Positions 1-7,526 of a stretch of DNA of 13,838 nt are shown here, piece by piece. The position numbers and the translations under genes are program-made. Source of the stretch: Pseudomonadota bacterium (GTDB lineage: Bacteria > Bdellovibrionota_G > JALEGL01 > DATDPG01); NCBI GenBank assembly GCA_043804515.1, contig JAZDIZ010000088.1, forward strand, positions 1-13,838, in the 5' to 3' direction. Each line of letters opens with the position of its first letter. Position 1 is the stretch's first letter. The notes under the pieces are model-generated. The model made no database searches. It worked only from the letters and a program-made list of their open reading frames with translations, and had not been told where the DNA came from.

Positions 1-517
1 TTTCTTTAGAAATCGGAAACCTCACTTCGCTCATCTCCGCAGTGATGGACCGGACCGTCTCAGAAGTAAGGGGTTTTTCGGGAGCTTCTTTCAGAAGGAC
101 CTTTTCGGTTTCCCGTTTGCTCAAGCCCTCAATCCGGCTGAGGAGGGATTCCACCATCTCTGCGGGAACGGGTTTCTCGTGAGACCGCTCCTCCGCCCGG
201 AGATGTCTTTCCGCCATGGCCGCCTGGGTTAAAGTGAGCTTTCCCGTCTCCAGGGCCGTTTGGGCCTCCGGTGCTCGAAACATGAGGCGCATGGCTGAAA
301 TGCGTTCGTAGGCCTGGTTTTCACTGTAGCCCAGAGCTTTTTGGACGTAGTCCCACAAGGAGCCATAGCCCTTCTGGGCAAAGAGCTTTCTTCGCTCGAC
401 CTCATGGAGATGGTGCAAGAGCTCCAAGGTCGTGTGCTGCTCTTTTTTGGCAAGGTCGACCGTGTGCTGATGAAGCTCGGAATCCGTCAAGGCTTCAAGA
501 TTCGAAGAAGTGGCCAT
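1..517 (-). CDS. Probable HNH endonuclease-family protein, N-terminal part (runs off the left end of the window); paralog of 13079..13838
   Basis: Not in the ORF track. Hand translation from ATG at 517: MATSSNLEALTDSELHQHTVDLAKKEQHTTLELLHHLHEVERRKLFAQKGYGSLWDYVQKALGYSENQAYERISAMRLMFRAPEAQTALETGKLTLTQAAMAERHLRAEE...SEVRFPISKE, with no stop to base 1. Gap-free alignment to the right-end ORF gives 144/172 identical residues. GGGAG Shine-Dalgarno upstream. The HNH call is by paralogy only. Confidence 0.75.
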   Translation of the reverse strand, partial: MATSSNLEALTDSELHQHTVDLAKKEQHTTLELLHHLHEVERRKLFAQKGYGSLWDYVQKALGYSENQAYERISAMRLMFRAPEAQTALETGKLTLTQAAMAERHLRAEERSHEKPVPAEMVESLLSRIEGLSKRETEKVLLKEAPEKPLTSETVRSITAEMSEVRFPISKE

Positions 518-830
518 GGTGTTTCTCCCTTTTGGGAGGACATTAACACCGGAATTTTCGCGTGTTCTTTAGGGCTGTCTGGCGACGATGGCGGACCTAA
601 AACAGTGATTTTCCAATAAAGGCATTTCACGCGACCAGCGGCAAATACGCGCGGAATAAGGGCGTTACAGAGATGAGGACGTTTGCGCAGAACATTTCTG
701 ATTCAATTGAGTCAAGAAAAAAATCATTCTCTTTCAGAGTTTTTCTACAATTTTCGCGCCGATCTCCACTCACGTTGCCGGCAAAGTGCCCCGAAGAACC
801 CCCCCCTAATCGATTTCTGAAATTCGTCTT
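518..830 (-). repeat. Conserved non-coding leader of the left HNH-like gene; inverted homolog of ~12770..13078
   Basis: Colinear blocks: reverse complement of 636-663 matches 12934-12961 at 25/28; TTTTCTTGACT about 193 vs 192 nt from the ATG; CTCCC-AAAA-GGGAG hairpin at 525-538; palindrome at 771-788. The outer boundary is approximate. Confidence 0.8.
771..788. repeat. Imperfect 18-bp palindrome CACGTTGCCGGCAAAGTG
   Basis: One mismatched pair; positionally equivalent to the palindrome at 12797-12816. Confidence 0.75.
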
Positions 831-842
831 CCAGCCTTCGTT

Positions 843-879
843 CCTCCTCGGTCTACTTCACCGGTAAAGCCCACGGAGG
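843..879 (-). repeat. Hairpin containing a second CCGG-centred near-palindrome (ACTTCACCGGTAAAGC, 855-870)
   Basis: On the minus strand GCUUUA-CCGG-UGAAGU pairs fully using two G-U pairs, and is closed by CCTCC/GGAGG (843-847/875-879). Confidence 0.55.
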
Positions 880-984
880 CGTCGACGTAGTCGCCACATC
901 ACCCTCCACCGTTGGGATTTCGGCGGTTGGAATAGCAAATGCGACGTTTCCCTCGTGAAGAATCCGGGCCAGGCAACGGTGGTC

Positions 985-1791
985 TTACGGAGGTGGCGCC
1001 GGGTACTTCCGCCCGTACATCCGGTACATGATCTGGTCCACGAACCGCGGGGACACCTTTTGAAAGCAAAAGAGGGTCTTTCCCGCCAGCGTGAGATACG
1101 TGCGTTTACGCTCGCGTTCGACGGCCCGCACGATGGCTCGACCGACCTTTTGGGGGGACATCCCCGACGCGCTCTTCATGAACGGTTTGAAGCTGGCTTG
1201 AACGGCGTTCGTCTGAAAATCGGTCGCCGTGAGGCCCGGACAAACCAGAGAGACGTCTATTCCGAAAGGACGCACTTCGATTCTCAGCCCTTCGTCCAAC
1301 GCGTTCATCGCGAATTTCGTCATGCAGTAGGCCGTCATGTACGGAACGGACCGGATCGATATGATCGTGGAGACGTTCACGATATGGCCTTTGTGCCGCT
1401 CCTTCATTTGCGGCAAAACCGCCTGTGTGTTCCAAAGAGCGCCGTAAAGATTGGTCCTGAAGATCCGGTCCAGATCGGAAGTCGGCAGGCTCTCCACGGG
1501 GCTGTAATGGCCGTATCCCGCGTTATTGACCAGGACATCGATCTTTCCGAAACGAGCCAGGGCCTTGGGAACCCAATTCCTGCAATCTTCCTCCCGGGAC
1601 ACATCGCAGGCCACGACCAACGCATCCCCTCCTGCGGCGCGTATTTCTTGGGCCACATGCTCCAGCCGCGCCGCATCCCTCGCCAGCAGGACGAGCTTGG
1701 CCCCCCGCTTTGCGAATTCGGCGGCCGCCGCCCGGCCGATTCCCCGTGAAGCTCCCGTCACCGCCACAACGCTGTCCCGATCGATTTTCAT
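985..1791 (-). CDS. Short-chain dehydrogenase/reductase (SDR) family oxidoreductase
   Basis: TGASRGIG Rossmann motif, NNAG, catalytic YCMTK (YxxxK), CPG motif; 268 aa. Confidence 0.95.
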   Translation of the reverse strand: MKIDRDSVVAVTGASRGIGRAAAAEFAKRGAKLVLLARDAARLEHVAQEIRAAGGDALVVACDVSREEDCRNWVPKALARFGKIDVLVNNAGYGHYSPVESLPTSDLDRIFRTNLYGALWNTQAVLPQMKERHKGHIVNVSTIISIRSVPYMTAYCMTKFAMNALDEGLRIEVRPFGIDVSLVCPGLTATDFQTNAVQASFKPFMKSASGMSPQKVGRAIVRAVERERKRTYLTLAGKTLFCFQKVSPRFVDQIMYRMYGRKYPAPPP

Positions 1792-1897
1792 GCCGCGAAT
1801 GATACCCGACTTTTTTCCCTTTATAAGCAGAGTGCCATCATCGCTTCGGGCTTTGTCACTTCTCCGCTTTGTTCAAAAACGTCGATATCGTATTACT

Positions 1898-2083
1898 GGG
1901 CCGGCGGCGGGGATTCCCCCGAGCGGAGCCTTAGATTGCCGGCGGAGCGAGGGGGTCCACGCCGCCGTGCCGACTGGGCCGACTGGGTATTTGGAAGCGG
2001 GGGGGGGCTTGCCAAAGCCCTCGCGATCGGTAGCATGGCGCCCTCCCTGCGGAACGCCCCCGGTTTTGCAGGGCGATTTTTTT
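1898..2083 (+). ncRNA. Putative structured ncRNA or attenuator-type leader upstream of greA (family not recognised)
   Basis: Long hairpin 1899-1971, hairpin 1997-2024, alternative helix 1963-1970/2033-2040, terminator 2045-2083. G-U pairs favour the plus strand. A TATCGT -10-like hexamer lies at 1886-1891. Confidence 0.45.
2045..2083 (+). terminator. Intrinsic terminator
   Basis: Stem CCCTGCGGAAC/GTTTTGCAGGG (11 bp including 2 G-U), 7-nt loop, followed by CGA and T7. Confidence 0.7.
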
Positions 2084-2191
2084 GGCGGGGAGCGAACAAG
2101 CAAGAGTTGAAAATGCTTTGTGATTTCAAAGTGTTGGGCGGAAACCGGGCCTTGGTTTTAAGGGCCTTCTCCGGCTATTGAAGGGAGCACC

Positions 2192-2671
2192 GTGGCGGAA
2201 CGAATTCCCATGACTGCGGAAGGAAAGATCAAACTCGTGGAGGAAGTGACCCGCCTCAAGGCGGTCGAGCGCCCCAACATCGTTCAGGAGATCGAGATTG
2301 CCCGGAGCCACGGGGATCTGAGCGAGAACGCCGAATACCACGCGGCGAAGGAACGGCAGGGACAAATTGAAGCCAGGATTAATTACCTGGAGGACCAAAT
2401 CTCCCGATCTGAAGTGGTGAACCTGAGCAAGTTCGACGGGTCCAAGGTGGTGTTCGGCGTGAAGGTGAAGCTCTATGATCCCCGGGCGGACCGCGAGATG
2501 GTTTATCGCATCGTGGGCGAGCACGAGGCCGATCTCGCCAAAGGGGACATCTCGATCAACTCGCCGATCGCCAAAGCCTTGATCGGAAGGGAAATTGGCG
2601 ACGAGGTCGTGGTTCAGACCCCCGGCGGGAACCGGGAGCTGGAAATCGTCGGGATTGAAGTGAATACGTAA
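2192..2671 (+). CDS. greA: Transcription elongation factor GreA
   Basis: ARSHGDLSENAEYHAAKERQ signature, C-terminal ISINSPIAKALIG; 159 aa; GTG start with AAGGGAG SD. Confidence 0.97.
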   Translation: MAERIPMTAEGKIKLVEEVTRLKAVERPNIVQEIEIARSHGDLSENAEYHAAKERQGQIEARINYLEDQISRSEVVNLSKFDGSKVVFGVKVKLYDPRADREMVYRIVGEHEADLAKGDISINSPIAKALIGREIGDEVVVQTPGGNRELEIVGIEVNT

Positions 2672-2683
2672 GACTGTCGGCGG

Positions 2684-3070
2684 CTACAGCTTGGGTGTGG
2701 CTTTTCTCAGCAAAAGTTCGCGCAGAACGGCAAGGCCTGACTCGGCCAGATCGGTGAACATGACCGCCGTGTGCCTGGATCGGGCGGCCTTAAATTCCGT
2801 GTCGGCGCGGACGACTTGGCCGTGGAGCCTGATGCGGGAGTGTCCCATGACGCCGGGCGGAAAATCCACATTCAGAAGAGAATGAAGCGGAAACGGACGC
2901 TCCGACGCGACCAACGCGCCTGAGGCGCTCCAATCGGTCAGGGGGGCCTCGAACGTTCCGCCTCCTTCCGCGGGGGAAAGGCGCACCATGAAAGTGGCGG
3001 GGAAACGGCGATGGAGCCGGTCGTTCTTGAGCCTCTTGATGCCCTTTCGGGCCGTTTGGAGAAGACCCAT
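2684..3070 (-). CDS. PilZ domain-containing protein (c-di-GMP receptor-like)
   Basis: RLHRR (RxxxR) followed by DWSASG (D/NxSxxG), plus GQVVR and AVMF strands typical of PilZ. Confidence 0.85.
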   Translation of the reverse strand: MGLLQTARKGIKRLKNDRLHRRFPATFMVRLSPAEGGGTFEAPLTDWSASGALVASERPFPLHSLLNVDFPPGVMGHSRIRLHGQVVRADTEFKAARSRHTAVMFTDLAESGLAVLRELLLRKATPKL

Positions 3071-3156
3071 CCGCCTCAGTATGCCCGGAGGTAACGGACG
3101 GAGTCCAATTCCCTTCCTGCGCTTGAGCTGCTACATTTCCGCGCGGTTTTGAATTC

Positions 3157-3384
3157 ATGATCTGCGCAAAGTGCAAGAGTGAGGTCCGGCGGGCGGCCCG
3201 GTTTTGCCCCCACTGCGGAAACCCGGTCGTTCAGCCGGAAATCCCGCCTCGGCAAGCTTTGCTGAACAACCTCCTCCTGGCCGTGATCATCGTCTTGCTG
3301 TTGATTCTTGTGGTTGAGAGCGTGGGGGGCGGCGGCGCCGGACCGGGACCTCTCCTTGCGCCGGTTCGAAACATGGGGGAGTGA
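3157..3384 (+). CDS. Small zinc-ribbon protein with one transmembrane helix
   Basis: CAKC...FCPHCG zinc ribbon followed by hydrophobic LLLAVIIVLLLILVV; its stop abuts the proline dehydrogenase start. Confidence 0.75.
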   Translation: MICAKCKSEVRRAARFCPHCGNPVVQPEIPPRQALLNNLLLAVIIVLLLILVVESVGGGGAGPGPLLAPVRNMGE

Positions 3385-3386
3385 GA

Positions 3387-4235
3387 ATGAGCGCCTTGAG
3401 CTATTTAGCGCGCCGGTTCGTGGCCGGCGAAACGCTGGACGACGCCATGAAGGCGGTGATTTCGCTCAACCGGGACGGCATTCTCGCGTCGCTGGACGTG
3501 CTGGGCGAGAACGTGCACAGCGAAACCGAAGCCGCCGTCGCACGCGACGAGTACCTGAGATTGCTAGACGAGATCCGCCGCTTGGGCGTGAAGAGTAACG
3601 TGTCGCTCAAGCTCACGCAGATGGGGCTGGATATGGGCCACGAACTCTGCATTTCGAATGTCCGCCGGATCGTGGAACGGGCCCGGCAATATGGAAACTT
3701 CGTACGGATCGACATGGAAGGTTCGGCGTACACGGAACGGACCCTCGGCATATTCACGGAATTGAGAAAAACCTGTCCCAACCTAGGGATCGTCCTGCAG
3801 GCGTATCTTCACCGGAGCGAGGAGGACGCAAAGAAACTCGTGGAACTCAAAGCCCCCGTCCGGGTCTGCAAAGGCGCTTACAAGGAACCCGCCTCGATCG
3901 CCTTCCATCGGATGGAGGACATCCGTAGAAGCTTCCGGCAGCTTGTGGAGATCCTTTTGAAGGCGGGCTCGAACGTGGGGATCGCGACTCACGACGAGAA
4001 ACTGATCCGATGGGCCTTGGAGTGGACGGCTCGGGAGAAAATTCCACGGGACCGCTTTGAATTCCAGGTGCTGTACGGCCTGAGGCGGAAGCGGGCGCGG
4101 CAGCTGGCGGCCGAAGGATACCCCGTTCGCTTCTACGTCCCGTTCGGGACGCACTGGTTACCGTACTTCGTCCGCCGGCTCCGGGAGCGCAAAGAGAACG
4201 TCTTTTTCGTTCTTAAGAGCCTGGTGGCGGACTAG
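3387..4235 (+). CDS. Monofunctional proline dehydrogenase
   Basis: FVAGET, LDVLGE, SLKLTQMG, RIDMEG, QAYL, RVCKGAY, IATHD, EFQVLYG, YVPFG, RRLRER motifs. ATG at 3387 is preferred over GTG at 3381 on SD spacing. Confidence 0.95.
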   Translation: MSALSYLARRFVAGETLDDAMKAVISLNRDGILASLDVLGENVHSETEAAVARDEYLRLLDEIRRLGVKSNVSLKLTQMGLDMGHELCISNVRRIVERARQYGNFVRIDMEGSAYTERTLGIFTELRKTCPNLGIVLQAYLHRSEEDAKKLVELKAPVRVCKGAYKEPASIAFHRMEDIRRSFRQLVEILLKAGSNVGIATHDEKLIRWALEWTAREKIPRDRFEFQVLYGLRRKRARQLAAEGYPVRFYVPFGTHWLPYFVRRLRERKENVFFVLKSLVAD

Positions 4236-5054
4236 GAACAGCGCGCTTCCGAGGACCAGCGCCGCGCCGACCACGGCATAGACGTCCGGGATTTCGCGAA
4301 AGAAAAACATCCCCAAGAGGAACGCGAACACGGGGCCCGTGTAGCTGAACAGGCTCACGAAACCGGCCTTCTCCATATGATACGCCCGGGTCATGGCCAT
4401 CTGGCCGCCGGTCGCAAGCAGGCCCGCCAACACCAAATAGACCGTGGAGTGGAGCGTGAGCGGCGCCCAGTTCAGAATCACCATCGGGATCGACCCGGCA
4501 AACGAGAGCAGGGTGAAGTAAAAAACCACCGTCGTGGCGTGCTCCGTCTCGCCCAAACGGCGGATGCTCATATACGCCAAAGCCCCGAAAACTCCGGAAG
4601 CCAGACCCTCCAAGCTGGGGAGCAGCGCCGCGCCGGCTTCCGGCTTCACGATCAGAACGACACCGAGCAGGAAAAAGGGAAGGGAGGCCAATACGCCGCG
4701 GGAGGCCCTCTCCTTGAGAAGGAAACCGGAAAGCAGGACCACGAAGACCGGGGAAGTGGCGTTCAGGATGGAGGCGTTCCCGATCGGAATCTGGCTGATG
4801 CTGTGGAAATACAGCGAAAGCGCGATAAACCCCAGGATCCCGCGCAGGACCAGGAGACCGCGCTGACGCGTGCCCCATAGGGGAATTCTCCGCCGCCGCG
4901 CCCACCACAGAAGGAACGGAAACCCCGCCGCCGCTCGAAAAAAGATGGCCTGACTGGCCGTGTTCGTAAAAGTCGCAGCCTTGACGCACGCCCCCATCAG
5001 GGCGAAGAGCAAGGCGGCCACGACCATCCAGCCGACTCCGGACTCAATCCGCAC
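4158..5054 (-). CDS. EamA/DMT family transporter
   Basis: About 10 hydrophobic segments in two repeats, with IFFR, LRG, LLKE and FFREIP motifs; 298 aa. The 3' end overlaps the proline dehydrogenase by 78 bp. Confidence 0.92.
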   Translation of the reverse strand: MRIESGVGWMVVAALLFALMGACVKAATFTNTASQAIFFRAAAGFPFLLWWARRRRIPLWGTRQRGLLVLRGILGFIALSLYFHSISQIPIGNASILNATSPVFVVLLSGFLLKERASRGVLASLPFFLLGVVLIVKPEAGAALLPSLEGLASGVFGALAYMSIRRLGETEHATTVVFYFTLLSFAGSIPMVILNWAPLTLHSTVYLVLAGLLATGGQMAMTRAYHMEKAGFVSLFSYTGPVFAFLLGMFFFREIPDVYAVVGAALVLGSALFLVRHQALKNEKDVLFALPEPADEVR

Positions 5055-5697
5055 TGGTCTTCAACGTGGTTACGAGCGCTGCGCTGCTTCCCGGCGGGAG
5101 AAGGAAAGGAACACCGTCGCTGCCTCCCGCGTAAGGGATCACCACCACCCCTTGAACGATTTTCTTGCGCCCCACGGCGTCCCGCGAAATCGCATTCAGC
5201 AGGAACACCGCGGCCATGAGCGAGCCCTGGATTTGATCCGGCTTCCGCACCAGGATCACTTGCGTATCGCTCCCACTCAGGGCCTTGCCCATGAAATTAC
5301 AGATCACGTTGGTGGGGCTCCCGGCGATCAGGACGGGCTGATCGGGTGGGGGGTCGGTGGGGCTGAAGGCGTCGGAGCATTCCGGCGGGTAGGAGGCCAG
5401 AGCGGGAACGACGGCATTCTCCGCGGGAAGGGTTGTGAGAAGCAAATTCAGGTCGCGAAAAGTCCCGATCGGGTCGCGACCGAGGGAAATTTCCTGGAGG
5501 CGAACCGCGGCTTTTTTGAGCCCGTCCTCGGCGTCGTACATCAGCTTTGTGGATCCGCGGAAATGTCCGGCGCGCAGGAACCCGACACGCGTCGTGGAAA
5601 GGCTCACCACGCCGGCCAGGGCGGCCACGATGAGAATCAGCGCCACGATCAGGAGCACGACTCCCCGTTGCGGAACGTAGCGGGCGCGTTCAATCAC
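5044..5697 (-). CDS. PilX-like (type IV pilin N-terminal) protein, paralog 2
   Basis: QRG|VVLLIVALILIV prepilin-like cleavage site without Glu5, followed by YDAEDGLKKA typical of the PilX N-terminus; two Cys residues. Confidence 0.7.
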   Translation of the reverse strand: MIERARYVPQRGVVLLIVALILIVAALAGVVSLSTTRVGFLRAGHFRGSTKLMYDAEDGLKKAAVRLQEISLGRDPIGTFRDLNLLLTTLPAENAVVPALASYPPECSDAFSPTDPPPDQPVLIAGSPTNVICNFMGKALSGSDTQVILVRKPDQIQGSLMAAVFLLNAISRDAVGRKKIVQGVVVIPYAGGSDGVPFLLPPGSSAALVTTLKTSAD

Positions 5698-6379
5698 CGG
5701 ACGACTTCACGATGGTGGCCAGGTAGGCGGATTCGCCTACCGGCAAACCGTACGTTGTCGTCGGGGACGTCGACGTGATTTCGTACGGCAGAATCGCGAC
5801 GCCCTGAACCAGTTTCTTTCTTCCAACGGCGTCGCGGGCGACGGCGTTTACGAGATAGACGGCATACCTTTGGGTTCCTTCCGTTACGTCGTTCTTTCGG
5901 ACCAAAATGACCTGCGTGCCGGGGCTCGATGCCCCCAGAAAGTTGCAGATCGCGTTGGAGGTCTGCCCGTTGCTTCCGATGTCGTCCAGGCCTACCTCCG
6001 GGTCGAAAGGATCGGGGCAGGCCGGATTCAGGACTTCGGGGGGGAGGGAGGGAGTGGGAAACGTCGTCGTGTTTACGAGCCAGTCGATCGTATGTTCCGT
6101 GTCCCCGTATCCGTACGACCCCCCGTACCCGAACAAGAAATCGGTCAAGAGTGGATCCGAGATCTCTTGGATTCGGCGCAGGGCTCGTTGAAGCGCTTCC
6201 TCCGCTGAATATTGCAGCTTTGTGGATCCGCGGTAATGGCCGGCCTTCAGGAACCCCACGTGCGTCGAAGAAAGGCCCCATGCCCCGATCAGCGCACCCA
6301 CGATCAGAAGGATGAGCAGCGCGACAAGTAACGTTCCGCGATCAGGCGGGCGCCAAGGATGGAATCTTACAAGGGTCAC
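5690..6379 (-). CDS. PilX-like (type IV pilin N-terminal) protein, paralog 1
   Basis: DRG|TLLVALLILLIV, YSAEEALQRA; shares AGH(F/Y)RGSTKL, ICNF(M/L)G, TQVILVRK and RDAVGRKK with 5044..5697. Confidence 0.7.
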   Translation of the reverse strand: MTLVRFHPWRPPDRGTLLVALLILLIVGALIGAWGLSSTHVGFLKAGHYRGSTKLQYSAEEALQRALRRIQEISDPLLTDFLFGYGGSYGYGDTEHTIDWLVNTTTFPTPSLPPEVLNPACPDPFDPEVGLDDIGSNGQTSNAICNFLGASSPGTQVILVRKNDVTEGTQRYAVYLVNAVARDAVGRKKLVQGVAILPYEITSTSPTTTYGLPVGESAYLATIVKSSGD

Positions 6380-6945
6380 GCTTCTCCCGGTTTCTTTTCC
6401 CGCAGCACGTCGGGGACGCCTGCGACCCGGTTAGCCGTCCGCGCCACGACAAAAATCCAGTCGGAAAGGCGGTTCAAGTAAACCGCAACCTCAGGGTTGC
6501 ACTTCCCCTGACGTAAGAGGCCTCCGACTCTCCGTTCCGCGCGGCGGCACACCGTTCGGGCCAAATGTAGCAAAGCCGACGCTTTCGTACCAGCCGGGAG
6601 AATAAATCGCCTCAAAACCTCCAGCTGTGCATCCAACCGATCGATTTCCCCCTCCAGCCTGCGCGTCGGTTCGGCATCGAGGCGCCCGGTACCCGTACGC
6701 CCGGAGAAACCCTGTTCATCCCAAGGAGTGGCCAGGTCCGTGCACAAGTCGAACAGCTCCTGTTGAATCTTCTCAAGAAGCGCAGCCAGCTCGGATGGAA
6801 GCGGCTCGGATCGAACCACGCCCAAGACGGCATTCAGTTCATCCACGGCCCCGTACGCTTCCAGGACGGGATCGTCTTTCGGGACCCTCCGACCGGAGCG
6901 CAAACCGGTTTCGCCTCGATCCCCTGTCTTTGTGTAGATTTTCAA
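6376..6945 (-). CDS. ATP:cob(I)alamin adenosyltransferase, PduO type
   Basis: KIYTKTGDRGETGL, YGAVDELNA, FILP, LHLARTVCRRAERR, YLNRLSD motifs; TTG start. Confidence 0.96.
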   Translation of the reverse strand: MKIYTKTGDRGETGLRSGRRVPKDDPVLEAYGAVDELNAVLGVVRSEPLPSELAALLEKIQQELFDLCTDLATPWDEQGFSGRTGTGRLDAEPTRRLEGEIDRLDAQLEVLRRFILPAGTKASALLHLARTVCRRAERRVGGLLRQGKCNPEVAVYLNRLSDWIFVVARTANRVAGVPDVLREKKPGEA

Positions 6946-6986
6946 CCCGCAGCGATGATACCACCGCCGACGTCCGGGCCAACCAA

Positions 6987-7015
6987 TTGAAGGGCGCGGG
7001 CAATCCTGCTACCGT
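6987..7015 (+). promoter_or_regulatory. Candidate sigma70 promoter for the ferredoxin gene
   Basis: TTGAAG-17 bp-TACCGT with an extended -10 TG. Confidence 0.45.
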
Positions 7016-7030
7016 CAACCCTCCTCCGTT

Positions 7031-7276
7031 ATGGCTTACGTGATCTGCCAGCCCTGTATCGGGACGAAAGACAAGGCATGTCTGGAAGTTTGCCCTGTGG
7101 ACTGCATCCACGGGGAAGAGGAAGAGCCGCAGCTGTTCATCAACCCCGACGAGTGCATCGATTGCGGAGCTTGCGAGCCCGTCTGCCCCGTAACGGCGAT
7201 TTTTATCGAGGAAGAGGTGCCCGAGCAGTGGCAGCCCTTCATCGAACTGAACCGCAGGTATTTCCGGACAGGGTAA
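7031..7276 (+). CDS. Dicluster ferredoxin (7Fe, FdxA-like)
   Basis: CIGTKDKACLEVCPVDC and CIDCGACEPVCP motifs; 81 aa, acidic. Confidence 0.95.
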   Translation: MAYVICQPCIGTKDKACLEVCPVDCIHGEEEEPQLFINPDECIDCGACEPVCPVTAIFIEEEVPEQWQPFIELNRRYFRTG

Positions 7277-7526
7277 CCAACGATCGATCATCCTTTCGGG
7301 CTGCAAACCAAAGCCGGTCGTGCCGAAAAAGACGCGGTCGTCGGGCGATACGCCGCCCTCCGCCGCTCGGCGCTCAACGGCCGTGATTTTGGAAGCATGG
7401 AGACGGCCGTTTCCGGCACGCTTTTTCGTCCCGCCCGGCTCCGCTTCGCAGCGATGATTTACCGGCCGATGATGCGACTTTGATCGAAAGACACGGTTTT
7501 CTTAAAATCTGTCCCAGCTCTTCGCT

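Noticed and set aside
341..619. Antisense ORFs 341..619 (+) and 12938..13126 (-) share MKLGIR..FKIR..GHGV.PF, suggesting a conserved antisense gene or antitoxin
   Set aside because: The similarity follows from DNA homology of the HNH-like gene starts. Start and stop positions differ and the C-termini do not align, so these are treated as shadow ORFs.
673..867. 64-aa ORF containing LTLPAK, similar to LTLPVR in the HNH-like linker
   Set aside because: The peptide match is just the translated palindrome. No SD was seen and I saw no equivalent ORF in the right leader.
955..1749. 264-aa plus-strand ORF and other long overlapping ORFs (4213..4989, 4960..5778, 2126..2524)
   Set aside because: They overlap well-supported genes (SDR, EamA, PilX-like, greA) and have Arg/Gly/His-rich shadow composition.
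1898..2083. Assignment as SRP RNA, tmRNA, RNase P, 6S, or ZTP/cobalamin/c-di-GMP riboswitch
   Set aside because: Signature motifs were not found by eye (no CAGG-GGAA-AGCAG SRP loop, no GAGGAAAGUCC, no tRNA-like ends, no end-to-end 6S rod), so it is left unassigned.
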